Assembly (NCBI GenBank): GCA_031412175.1
Contig: JANOCM010000134.1
Span: 1-41,263, forward strand
Reading direction: 5' to 3'
DNA length: 41,263 bases
Source of the DNA: Alphaproteobacteria bacterium
GTDB lineage: Bacteria; Pseudomonadota; Alphaproteobacteria; Sphingomonadales; Sphingomonadaceae
Below, one piece after another: positions 28,029 through 37,114 of this stretch (within the stretch, counting starts at the first letter, position 1; every line of letters starts with the position of its first letter). A model generated the notes under the pieces. It was not told the DNA's origin and ran no database searches. It saw only the letters and a program-made list of their open reading frames with translations. The translations under genes and the position numbers were made by a program.

Positions 28029-28142
28029 CGCTACATATTCGTCTGTGACGATGTCGTCAGGTCTTGGTGTGATCGCGTGACGTGCACTCACGTCCCCGCT
28101 TTCTTCCTGCGGCTTGAGTGCGAGTGTTCCGGCTGTGTGACC

Positions 28143-28188
28143 GCAAGTTAACTGGAAAGTCCGTAATTGCCCGAAGCGGTCGTTCGCA
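28143..28188 (+). repeat. 46-bp intergenic direct repeat, copy B
   Basis: 39/46 ungapped identity to 1781-1826. Confidence 0.85.
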
Positions 28189-28547
28189 TGCGAGGCGTCA
28201 CCGGGCACTCGCTGGAACCGCAGTCCAGATGGTCCCGATCAGCATAACGGCATTTATAACGACGATACCCGCCATCCCGAGCAACAGCCTCGCTGAGCAG
28301 GATCGGCCCGGGCCCATCAGAACGACATCCCCAATCCGAGAAGCACTTAGTGACGGACCGTTCTTGCCTCATAGTTTGAGTAGCGATATTCTAACTTCGA
28401 GTAGAAACTACCGCCCAAGCCCTGCTGAATTCCCGCACCGACCCGCAGGCTATCGGCATTGCCGGGAATAATTGTCGCAGGTCCAGCCGCCGGCGTGTAA
28501 TTTTCGCGCCAAGACGCGGAACCGGATCATTTTCCGACTGACACTCA

Positions 28548-28607
28548 CGACCCAGACCCGGACATTCATCGCCTCCGCTACCTCTCCCGAAAGCGGACAC
28601 TTGTTCA
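28548..28607 (+). repeat. 60-bp junction motif, copy 6 (alignment with copy 1 extends to 28727)
   Basis: cgacccagacccgGACATTCA-N17-CCCGAAAGCGgacacttgTTCA. Confidence 0.85.
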
Positions 28608-29126
28608 CGTCGCGCGCCCAGCGGCTCGGGCGCGCGCCGACGGGCCATCGGAAAGTCGCGAATTGGGATTCTTCAGCCGTGCCTGCCAAGCCCGCTGAAC
28701 GACGACTTCTAGCAAGAGCTGACGTTCGGGCGTTTGCTCGTGTGATGCGGCTGAGTGGCCGTGTGCGGAGCCTCGGATTTCAATCGATAACACTGTAAAG
28801 CGGCCGCTGCCGGAAACATTGACGCTCCGCTTGTGCCGAACTTCGACCAACGCAGTCCTGCGATCTGCAAACCCGGTGCCGCTCATTCGGCCCGATCGCA
28901 TGTTAATTATCAACTTCCGAAATCATAACGAGATTCGATGGCTCCGTTGCAAAATTATCACTTTGCCGCACAAAAGGTGGAACGAAATGCGTCTCGGCGC
29001 GCTGCCCGCCGCTAGCTTACCATTTGATAACTACTTCTAGGATTACAGTTGACACGCCAGACCGGTTTGCGGGGGATGGGTGCCACTCTGGTGCCCGCCG
29101 GCTGGGCGGAAGGGACAAAGTCAACC

Positions 29127-29411
29127 ATGATCTCGGTTGTTGGGTCGATGGCTCTGCCCTCGACGGCTGGACGACGTCTGCGTATTGCGGGAGCAGTTGC
29201 TGCACTTATCGACACCCCGCCATTGGCCGCATCGGCGGTGACGCAATCCTGGAATGGTTACCACCGGGCACGAACTGGTCCGCTTGCGATCGGGTTGGGC
29301 GATAATGTCAACTCTGCGTGGAACTCCTATGTTTTGACAGCAGCAACGCCGTGGTCTGCTGACCCGGTCATCCCAACGCAGACGAGTGTCGATTGGGAGT
29401 GTGTCAAATGA
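29127..29411 (+). pseudogene. Truncated N-terminus of a secreted protein
   Basis: Degraded signal-like stretch followed by SWNGYHRARTGPLAIGLGDNVNSAWNSYVLTAATPWS. The stop overlaps the next ATG. Confidence 0.4.
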
Positions 29412-31669
29412 CTGTCAGGACCATTTCGGTGGCCAACCAGGTACAGCTGGTGACGGCACTCCAGGCCTCGACGGGGGGCGAAACCATTGTCCTTGCCGCC
29501 GGCAGCTATGGCGATCTGGCGTTGTCGCGTTTCCAGTTCACCGAGCAAGTGACGATCAAGGGCGGCACGTTCAACTCGATCGCGCTCGTCGGCGTCAAGG
29601 GGCTCACGTTTGATGACTCGACGGTCAACCTGCCCCCGACAATGACGAGCAATGCCGGCACCCAGGCGATCCGGGTGTCGAACTCGAGCAACATTGCGAT
29701 CACCGATGCCAAGATCACCGGCGGGCTGGCGATCAACGGCGTCGCGCAAGATGCAACCATTCTGGACGCGTCGCGCAATGTTATCGGTCTCCCCGCCGGC
29801 GTCGGCATCTATGTCGCGTTTTCGAAGGGCGTGACGATCTCGGGCAGCGACATTTCGCTGTTCAATAAGGGCATCCTGATGGCGGGCAGCTCAGAGGTGA
29901 ATATCGCCAACAACGAGATCCACGACCTGCGGACCACGCCGATCAGCGGATCGGTGACCGCGAACCTGACGATCACTGGCAACCACACCTATAACAGCAC
30001 GCCCTGGAGCTATGGCGGCGCCGGCGATCATGGCGACCGCATCCATATCTGGACCGACACGACCGCGATCAGCGGTGTCGTCATCACCAACAATAACCTC
30101 GAGCAGGGCACCGGCGCGCCAATGCTCGGCATCTATCTCGATGACAATGGCAAGGGCCTCGGCTTTGTAAACACCGTAATCTCGGGCAATCGCCTCACCG
30201 ACGGCCAAGGACAAGGCGTGCTGCTCGAAAATGTCAGCGGCACCGTCTCCAACAACACGCTGGTCTGGTCAGGCTTTGGCACCGTCGGCAACAACACGCC
30301 GCGCTTCGACATCAAGAGCGGATCGCACGCGCTGGTGCTCGACGGTAACAGCGGCCCGGTATCGATCGACGCCGGCGCCTATGATATCAGGGTCACCAAC
30401 CAGAACGGCTCGGTAACGCTCGACAGCGCGCTGACACCAGAAGCTTTGGCCACAATCACGTCAGACTATCAAGTGGTTACGGCGCAAAACAACGTCACGC
30501 TTGCCGCCAGTTTTCATGATCTCATCTTCCGCGGCACGGGCAATTTTACCGGCATCGGCAACGCGCTGAACAACAAGATCGTCAGCGGCAACGGCAACGA
30601 CAAACTGGTCGGCAACGGCGGCGCTGATGTCCTTAACGGCGGCAATGGCAATGACAGCTACTATGTCGACAACCTGAAGCAGACGATCATCGACAGCAGC
30701 GGCATTGATATCGTTTACAGCAGCATAGGCTGGAAACTGCAGACCGGTCTCGAGAACCTGATCTATACCGGTACGACGGGCGCGACGCTCGAGGCCAATT
30801 GGGCGAGCAGCCGCATCGTCGGAGGCATCGGCAACGACAAACTGATTGGCGTCGGCAGCCAGGATACGCTCGAGGGCGGGCTGGGCAACGACACCTATAT
30901 TCTCGACACCGCAACGCACCGGGTCATCGACACGGGGGGCATCGACAGCGTCGTGGTGTCAGCCACCTATGCGCTCGGCTCAGGACTCGAAAATCTGACG
31001 CTGTCCGGGATCGGCAATCTCATCGCAACCGGCAATGAACTCAGGAACGTGCTGCGCGGCAATGCCGGTACCAACATCCTCGATGGCAAGGCGGGAGCCG
31101 ACACGATGTATGGTGGCGCCGGTGGCGACTGGTATATTGTCGACAACATCAGTGACCGCTGCATCGAGGTCGAAAACGGCGTCGACGCGGGCGGCATCGA
31201 TCTCGTCAAGGCGTCGGTCGGCAGCTACACTCTTGGCGCCGGCATCGAGAACCTCACTTTTGTAGGGATCGGCAATTTCAACGGCGTCGGCAACGATCTC
31301 AATAATGTGATCACCGGGGGCAGCGGCATCAACACCCTGACGGGCGGCGGCGGCCGCGACACACTGATCGGTGGCATCATGAACGACGCATTGAATGGCG
31401 GCGCCGGTGCCGACACCCTGTCCGGCGGCAGCGGCAACGATATCTTCGTGCTCGCCAAAGGCCAGAGCAACGGCGACATCATCACCGATTTCCGCGGCAA
31501 TGGTGCGGCCGCCGGTGATTCCATCAAGCTTATCGGTTGGGGGGCGGGTACGACCGTCACGCAGGGGACGTCGTCCAATCTGTGGGAGATCCGCGATGGC
31601 GTCGACCACAGCGTCGAAGTCGTGACAATCTATACGCCCGTCAATGTATCCGACATCATGTTCGGTTAG
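29408..31669 (+). CDS. Right-handed beta-helix (pectin-lyase-like) protein with RTX Ca-binding repeats
   Basis: GGAG RBS, GETIVLAAGSYG cap, Asn-ladder repeats, HGDRIHIW, nonapeptides GGNGND, GGLGND, GGAGAD and GGSGND. No Sec signal. Confidence 0.9.
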   Translation: MTVRTISVANQVQLVTALQASTGGETIVLAAGSYGDLALSRFQFTEQVTIKGGTFNSIALVGVKGLTFDDSTVNLPPTMTSNAGTQAIRVSNSSNIAITDAKITGGLAINGVAQDATILDASRNVIGLPAGVGIYVAFSKGVTISGSDISLFNKGILMAGSSEVNIANNEIHDLRTTPISGSVTANLTITGNHTYNSTPWSYGGAGDHGDRIHIWTDTTAISGVVITNNNLEQGTGAPMLGIYLDDNGKGLGFVNTVISGNRLTDGQGQGVLLENVSGTVSNNTLVWSGFGTVGNNTPRFDIKSGSHALVLDGNSGPVSIDAGAYDIRVTNQNGSVTLDSALTPEALATITSDYQVVTAQNNVTLAASFHDLIFRGTGNFTGIGNALNNKIVSGNGNDKLVGNGGADVLNGGNGNDSYYVDNLKQTIIDSSGIDIVYSSIGWKLQTGLENLIYTGTTGATLEANWASSRIVGGIGNDKLIGVGSQDTLEGGLGNDTYILDTATHRVIDTGGIDSVVVSATYALGSGLENLTLSGIGNLIATGNELRNVLRGNAGTNILDGKAGADTMYGGAGGDWYIVDNISDRCIEVENGVDAGGIDLVKASVGSYTLGAGIENLTFVGIGNFNGVGNDLNNVITGGSGINTLTGGGGRDTLIGGIMNDALNGGAGADTLSGGSGNDIFVLAKGQSNGDIITDFRGNGAAAGDSIKLIGWGAGTTVTQGTSSNLWEIRDGVDHSVEVVTIYTPVNVSDIMFG

Positions 31670-31783
31670 CCACCGTTTGCGATAGACCCAGACTGCAAAC
31701 CTTCGCCTGCACGTGCAACCGCGTGTCCATCAGACCGGCAGCAGCTCGGATCGGGCGACGGTGCGCAGGCGTGCAGGGCAGAT

Positions 31784-31809
31784 GGCGGCGGGCGAAATCG
31801 CCCGCCGCC
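31784..31809. terminator. GC hairpin between convergent genes
   Basis: GGCGGCGGGCG-AAAT-CGCCCGCCGCC, with no clear U-tract. Confidence 0.6.
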
Positions 31810-31842
31810 TAGTCGCAAACGCCGCGCCGCCAGTTACGGGCG

Positions 31843-32253
31843 TCAGACGAGCGTGGTCACCACGGGAATGTTGCCCTTCGTCGCCTTCGAGTAGGGGCAG
31901 GTTTCGTGAGCACGCTCGATCAGCATCTCGCCCAGCGCGCGGTCGATGCCAGGCAGAGCAACGTTAAGCCGTGCGCTCAAGGCATAGCCATCGTCGCCGA
32001 CGACGAGGTCAATCTCGGCATCGACCGCTGCATCTGCGGGCAGCCTGACCTTGTGCTCGCTGGCCGCGATGCCGATCGCGCTCAGGAAGCAGGCCGACCA
32101 GCCGGCGCCGAGAAGCTGCTCGGGGTTGGTGCCGGGTGCAGATGAGCCCGGCGACGAGAGCTTGACTGCAAGCTGTCCGTCAGAGCTTTGCGCGGCGCCG
32201 GTTCGACCGCCCGTGGTGTGGATCTTGCCGGTATAGAGGATCTTGGTGGACAT
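31843..32253 (-). CDS. ohr: Organic hydroperoxide resistance protein
   Basis: TGGR, GTNPEQL, catalytic cysteines in WSACF and ETCPYSKAT. Confidence 0.93.
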   Translation of the reverse strand: MSTKILYTGKIHTTGGRTGAAQSSDGQLAVKLSSPGSSAPGTNPEQLLGAGWSACFLSAIGIAASEHKVRLPADAAVDAEIDLVVGDDGYALSARLNVALPGIDRALGEMLIERAHETCPYSKATKGNIPVVTTLV

Positions 32254-32292
32254 TGATTTTACTCCTGTGTTGGGTGAAGCCCGCCAAGAATT

Positions 32293-33087
32293 CTAGTGCA
32301 GCCGGTAGCGGGCGGCCGGCTTTTGGGTTGAAAGCTTGTCGGCCATGCCGAGGCGGGCAGCTTCGAAGCTGTCCCACTGACCGATGTCGGCGAGGGCTGG
32401 GATGGTGACGAACTCGCCCTGGTCGAGCCCCGCCAGCGCGGCATCGACGAGATCGTCAGCGGTCATCACAATTGCTTCCGGCAGATGCGCGAGCGGGGTG
32501 CCGGCAACGTCCCAGAACTCGGTCGCAGTAGCGCCCGGAAGTACGACCTGCACCTTGACCCCGGACGCCGCGAGCTCGTGACGAAGGCTTTGGCTGAACG
32601 CGAGGACAAAGGCCTTGCTGCCGCCATAGACGCCGTTCAGCACCTCGGGAGCGATTGCCACGATCGACGCGATGTTGATGATCGTGCCCTGCCCGCGAGC
32701 TACAAAACCCGGCGCCGCGGCATAGGACAGTCGCATCAATGCCTCGACGTTCAGGGCGACCATGGCGCTCATCGCGTTGACGTCCGACCCGAGAAGAGGC
32801 GCCGTGCCGCCGACGCCGGCATTATTGACCAGCATCGTGATGGCCGGGTCGCTGGCGAGGCGCGCCTCGACGCGGGCAAGGTCGGCGCGATCCGACAAAT
32901 CGGCGACGATGGTTTCGACGTTCTGGCCGGTCTGGGCGCGAAGTCGCTCGGCTACCTTTGACAGTTTCCGTTCATTGCGAGCGACAAGGATCAGGTCATG
33001 GCCGCGCCAAGCAAGCCGATCTGCATAGATCGCACCGATGCCGGTCGAGGCTCCTGTAATCAGAGCGGTTCCTTTATTCGTGTTCAT
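32293..33087 (-). CDS. Short-chain dehydrogenase/reductase
   Basis: TGASTGIG, NNAG, YGGSK catalytic motif. Confidence 0.93.
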   Translation of the reverse strand: MNTNKGTALITGASTGIGAIYADRLAWRGHDLILVARNERKLSKVAERLRAQTGQNVETIVADLSDRADLARVEARLASDPAITMLVNNAGVGGTAPLLGSDVNAMSAMVALNVEALMRLSYAAAPGFVARGQGTIINIASIVAIAPEVLNGVYGGSKAFVLAFSQSLRHELAASGVKVQVVLPGATATEFWDVAGTPLAHLPEAIVMTADDLVDAALAGLDQGEFVTIPALADIGQWDSFEAARLGMADKLSTQKPAARYRLH

Positions 33088-33209
33088 GAGACATACCTTT
33101 CCTGGTCATCGGCAGGATTGCTCGATGGCTGTGCAGTGAAATTTGGTTGAAAGAAGCGTTCAGTTGTCCGCGTGGCCTCGCGCGGCTCAGTTGCGCGCGA
33201 TGCTGCCAA

Positions 33210-33449
33210 TCATCCGGGTTCGGCGGCGGCTCGCTTGCGGCGATACTCCATGACCGGCAGGCCGCCCCAACCCCAATCCTCGGGATCGACTTCCTGGATG
33301 ATGACCCAGGTCCAGTCGACCGGCTTGCCGAGGACATCGCGAAGCACTTCGCTCATGCCCTTGTAGATTGCGGCCTTCTGTTCGGGGGTGGTGCGGTCCG
33401 CACCCGGCGACGTGCCTTCGCGGGTCAATTGTACGGTGACGATCGGCAT
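33210..33449 (-). CDS. 4-oxalocrotonate tautomerase family protein
   Basis: N-terminal Pro (MPIVTV), TPEQKAA, VIIQEV..EDWGWGG, AGGA RBS. Confidence 0.9.
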   Translation of the reverse strand: MPIVTVQLTREGTSPGADRTTPEQKAAIYKGMSEVLRDVLGKPVDWTWVIIQEVDPEDWGWGGLPVMEYRRKRAAAEPG

Positions 33450-33465
33450 TGTCTTGTCCTTTCGA

Positions 33466-34176
33466 TTAATGGCCGGCGCTCTGGCCGCCATCGACATGCA
33501 GGATCTGGCCGGTGACGAAGCTTGCACCCTCAAGATAGAGGACCGCCTCGACGACCTCGGAAATCTCGCCCATGCGGCCCAGCGGGTGGAGCGCACCGAG
33601 AAAATCATGCGTTTCCGGCGCGTGCATCGGCGTGCTGATCACGCCTGGCGCAACCGCGTTGACCCGGATGCCGCGCTGGGCATATTCGACTGCAAGACCA
33701 CGTGTTGCTGCCTGAATGCCGCCCTTGGTCAACGACGCCAGTGCCGACGGGACCGCCGAGAGCGGTTGGTCGACCAGCGCCGTGGTGATGCTGATGACCT
33801 GGCCCGACTTTTGCGCCTCCATCACCTTCAGCGTTTCGCGGGTGATGAAGAAGAAGCCGTTGAGATTGGTCGAGGTGGCGTTGGCGTAATCGTCGTCGGA
33901 ATAGGCCGTCATCGCGTTGGCGAGGAAAATGCCGGCATTGTTGACGAGCAGGTCGATCCGGCCGAAGCGGTCGATCGCTGCCTCGACGACGCGGCGGCCG
34001 GTGGCCGGACTGCCGATATCGCCCTGCACGGTAAGGACGTCCGGGTTGCTCGACGCGGCGATCGTGCGGGACGTCGCAACGACCTGGTAGCCCTTGGCGA
34101 GCAGCGCGGTGACGACGGCGGCGCCGATGCCCTGCAATGCGCCGGTGACGACGGCGACTTTCCGGTTATCGTTCAT
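33466..34176 (-). CDS. SDR oxidoreductase lacking the canonical Tyr
   Basis: TGALQGIG, NNAG, ASLTK in place of YxxxK, RVNAVAPG, VDGG. Confidence 0.9.
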   Translation of the reverse strand: MNDNRKVAVVTGALQGIGAAVVTALLAKGYQVVATSRTIAASSNPDVLTVQGDIGSPATGRRVVEAAIDRFGRIDLLVNNAGIFLANAMTAYSDDDYANATSTNLNGFFFITRETLKVMEAQKSGQVISITTALVDQPLSAVPSALASLTKGGIQAATRGLAVEYAQRGIRVNAVAPGVISTPMHAPETHDFLGALHPLGRMGEISEVVEAVLYLEGASFVTGQILHVDGGQSAGH

Positions 34177-34302
34177 GTTGCATCTCCTATTGGCAGCGGC
34201 GCGTCCATCGCGTCCTGTGAGACCGAATTAGGCCTGCGCTGTTCTGGAGAGAATTGACGCTGTGCGAGCGTCACCCTTCCGTCTGGCGTAATAATAGATA
34301 GA

Positions 34303-35250
34303 ATGGCCGGCATGGATCGGCTCGACGCCATGAAGGTGTTCATTACCACGCTCGACGAGGGCAGCCTTGCCGGTGCCAGTCGCGTGCTGCGCCGTTCGCC
34401 CGCCGCGGTCAGCCGGGCGATCGCCTTTCTGGAAGCCCGGGTGGGCGTGGAACTGCTGCACCGGACGACGCGCTCGATCCGGCTGAGCGAAGCCGGCGAG
34501 CGTTATGCCATTGCGTGCCGCCGCATCCTGACCGAACTCGAAGAAGCCGAGCTGCAAGCGGCGGGCGAACGGTCGGCGCCGCGCGGCGTGCTGACCATCT
34601 CGGCGCCGCCACACGGCGGCGATGACATCCTGCGACCAGTTCTGGAAGCCTATCTCGCCATCTATCCAGAGGTTTCAGCGCAGCTCATGCTGCTCGACCG
34701 CCCGGTCAGCCTGATCGAAGAAGGCGTAGATATCGCGCTGCGGGTCGGCAACCTGTCCGACTCCGCTCTGATTGCGACGCGCGTCGGCGGCGACATTCGC
34801 CGCGTTGTGGTCGGCGCACCTGCCTATCTCGCCGTCGCCCCTCCGCTTTCCGAGCCGGGCGATGTATCGGCCCACCGGATCGTCGCCTTCACCAACTTCG
34901 GTGTCGACAGTTGGAGCTTCGCCCCCGCCGCCGGATCCACGGCCTCGCGCATCGTCCACTTCACCCCGCGCATCACGGTTAACACTGTCCAGGCAGCACG
35001 ACGCTCGGCGATTGCCGGGCTCGGCCTGACCCGCCTCTATTCCTATCATGTGGCCGAAGCCGTTCATGCCGGCCAACTGCAAGTCGTGCTCGCTGCAGCC
35101 GAGCACCCTGCCTTGCCCGTCCACCTGCTCACGCCGCCCGGGCGCGTGTCGATGCCGAAGGTGCGCGCGTTCCTCGATTTCGCCGCTCCGCGGCTGCGCG
35201 CCAGCTTCAGCCAGTTGGCGGTCGAGGCGATGACGCTTTCCGAGCGCTAA
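34303..35250 (+). CDS. LysR-family regulator, divergent from the SDR operon
   Basis: MDRLDAMKVF, GSLAGAS, LLHRTTRSIRLSEAG, EEGVDIALRVG. T-N11-A-type dyad TTCCG-N5-CGTAA at 34277-34291. Confidence 0.95.
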   Translation: MAGMDRLDAMKVFITTLDEGSLAGASRVLRRSPAAVSRAIAFLEARVGVELLHRTTRSIRLSEAGERYAIACRRILTELEEAELQAAGERSAPRGVLTISAPPHGGDDILRPVLEAYLAIYPEVSAQLMLLDRPVSLIEEGVDIALRVGNLSDSALIATRVGGDIRRVVVGAPAYLAVAPPLSEPGDVSAHRIVAFTNFGVDSWSFAPAAGSTASRIVHFTPRITVNTVQAARRSAIAGLGLTRLYSYHVAEAVHAGQLQVVLAAAEHPALPVHLLTPPGRVSMPKVRAFLDFAAPRLRASFSQLAVEAMTLSER

Positions 35251-35314
35251 AGGATCGCGTGCCGTTCCTAGATGCCGATCAGCAGTTGCGCAACTTGAAC
35301 AGAGCGACGGAGCG

Positions 35315-35722
35315 TCATCTGACCAGCTCGACGAGCGGGCGGCCTTTCTCGACGACGTAGGTGGCAAGTTCCGAAGCGGTGCCAGTGCCCACATTCTCGG
35401 CCGCGTGGGTCGTTTCGGCGGGAATGAACAGGACATCACCGGCTTTGAGGGTCACGGTCGGGCGCCCCTCGACCTGATACGCGAGCGCGCCGTCGAGGAC
35501 ATAGATGATCTCCTCGCCAGGGTGCCTGTGGCGCGGGAAAGCCGCACCGGGCTCGAATGAAATCCGGGCCTGGATCGTTTCACGTCCGGGGATACCGAGA
35601 TCGTGACGCTGGAGTTCAGTGCGCGTGGTCGCCGGCAAAGGCTTGGGCGCAGCGTGCAGCGCCCAAGCACCACCGACCGTCAGCGCGACTGCTGCTACGA
35701 CAGGTGTGAAGCTAAATTCCAT
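35315..35722 (-). CDS. Secreted cupin-2 domain protein
   Basis: Signal peptide, PRHRHPGEEIIYVLDG, GDVLFIP...H. Confidence 0.9.
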   Translation of the reverse strand: MEFSFTPVVAAVALTVGGAWALHAAPKPLPATTRTELQRHDLGIPGRETIQARISFEPGAAFPRHRHPGEEIIYVLDGALAYQVEGRPTVTLKAGDVLFIPAETTHAAENVGTGTASELATYVVEKGRPLVELVR

Positions 35723-35788
35723 GCGCGATCTCTCCGACCCTGATGTTGGCCGGACGGTGCAGGTCGTGCTCCGCCCGGCCATCCTGTT

Positions 35789-37114
35789 TCATCGCAAAGA
35801 CTGGAAGGCCGCCCGCAGCTCGTTCGTCAACAGTTCCGGCTGTTCGAAAGCGGCGAAGTGTCCGCCCTTGGAGAGCCGGTTGTAGTGGATGAGCTTGGGA
35901 TAAGTGCGCTCCGCCCAGCTTTTCGGCGCTTGATAAAGTTCGTCGGAGAACGCGCTCACGGCGGTGGGAACGCGCACGCCGAACGGCTCGAAGAAATGTA
36001 CATTGTTGCGCTCGATACCAAAACCCGCCGCGATGCGCGGCAAGGCTTCCCAATAGAGACGTGCCCCCCAGATCGCCGTGTTGGTCAACCAGGTGATCGT
36101 GATGTTGTCGAGCACATCGTCGCGGGAAAGTCCTTCGGTATGACCATCGAAAGCGCGGGCAATCATCTCATAGCTGAGGATGTCGTGATCAAGGAACCAG
36201 GCGGCGAGACCGATTGGCGAATCCGCGATACCATACAACGGCTGTGGTCGTTGGCCCATCTGCTGCGCATAAGCGAGACCGTGGGTGAAGAAGAGTTCAA
36301 GCCGCTTGAAAGCCTGCTGCTCGTCTACGGTAAGGCCGGCGGGCGGGCCTTCGCCGGAACGAAGCGCGTCGAAAACTTCCGACGGCGCGGTGGACGGCAT
36401 GTTCGTGTGGATAGCGATCAGCTCGGGCGGCGCCATCGCACCCAGAATCTCGGTAATCACTGCGCCCCAGTCGCCACCTTGCGCCAAGAAGCGCGCGTAA
36501 CCGAGCCGCTTCATCAGCGTTATCCAGGCTTGGGCGATGCGCGGGGGATTCCAGCCCGGCGTAGTCGGCCTGGCAGAGAAGCCGTACCCAGGTATCGAGG
36601 GTATCACGACGTCGAATGCATCGTCCGCCGTGCCGCCAAAGGCGGTCGGATCGGTCAGCGGCCCAATGATCTTGAGCTGTTCCACGACCGAACCCGGCCA
36701 ACCATGCGTGACAATGACGGGAAGGGCATTCTCGTGCTTGGAGCGAACGTGAATGAAATGGATGTCGAGCCCATCGATTTCAGTGATGAAGTTCGGCAAG
36801 CCATTGAGCCGTTTCTCGCACCGGCGCCAGTCATAGTCATTCGCCCAATAATCCGCGAGCTTGCGCATCGTCGCGAGCTGCACGCCCTGCGATGCATCGC
36901 CGACTGTCTCCTGATCGGGCCATCGGGTTGCGGCGATCCTTCGCTTGAGATCGGCCAGGTCGTCGTTGGCGGCGTGGTACTGGAATGGCCTGATCGGCTC
37001 GCCCGTGTTTGCAGATGGACCCGACGGGCCGACATCGGGAGCCGATCCCGAAGCAGGGTTAGGATTTACCATTGATGACGAAGAGTTCGCTGTCGCGTCA
37101 GTCCCTTGTGTCAT
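35789..37114 (-). CDS. Epoxide hydrolase (microsomal-type, EHN domain)
   Basis: AGGAGA RBS, IRPF, YDWR, DIHFIH, HGWP, GGDWG nucleophile, GGHFAAFEQP. Confidence 0.93.
   Translation of the reverse strand: MTQGTDATANSSSSMVNPNPASGSAPDVGPSGPSANTGEPIRPFQYHAANDDLADLKRRIAATRWPDQETVGDASQGVQLATMRKLADYWANDYDWRRCEKRLNGLPNFITEIDGLDIHFIHVRSKHENALPVIVTHGWPGSVVEQLKIIGPLTDPTAFGGTADDAFDVVIPSIPGYGFSARPTTPGWNPPRIAQAWITLMKRLGYARFLAQGGDWGAVITEILGAMAPPELIAIHTNMPSTAPSEVFDALRSGEGPPAGLTVDEQQAFKRLELFFTHGLAYAQQMGQRPQPLYGIADSPIGLAAWFLDHDILSYEMIARAFDGHTEGLSRDDVLDNITITWLTNTAIWGARLYWEALPRIAAGFGIERNNVHFFEPFGVRVPTAVSAFSDELYQAPKSWAERTYPKLIHYNRLSKGGHFAAFEQPELLTNELRAAFQSLR

Noticed and set aside
28198-28345. Hydrophobic minus-strand peptide (LLLGMAGIVVINAVMLIGTIW)
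   Set aside because: Could be a membrane-gene remnant between the two repeats, but there is no credible RBS or family match.
1888-28607. Junction motif as CRISPR repeats, integron attC or XerCD dif sites
   Set aside because: Copies are hundreds to thousands of bases apart and there are no cas genes. I saw no RYYYAAC...GTTRRRY ends with a full-length hairpin, and no 11-6-11 dif arms.
31685-31702. GACCCAGAC just after the RTX stop, identical to the start of motif copy 6
   Set aside because: The first box is off by one base and the CCCGAAA box is absent. It may be an eroded copy, but that is not supportable.
35284-35295. Perfect palindrome AGTTGCGCAACT between convergent genes
   Set aside because: Single short occurrence, compatible with chance.
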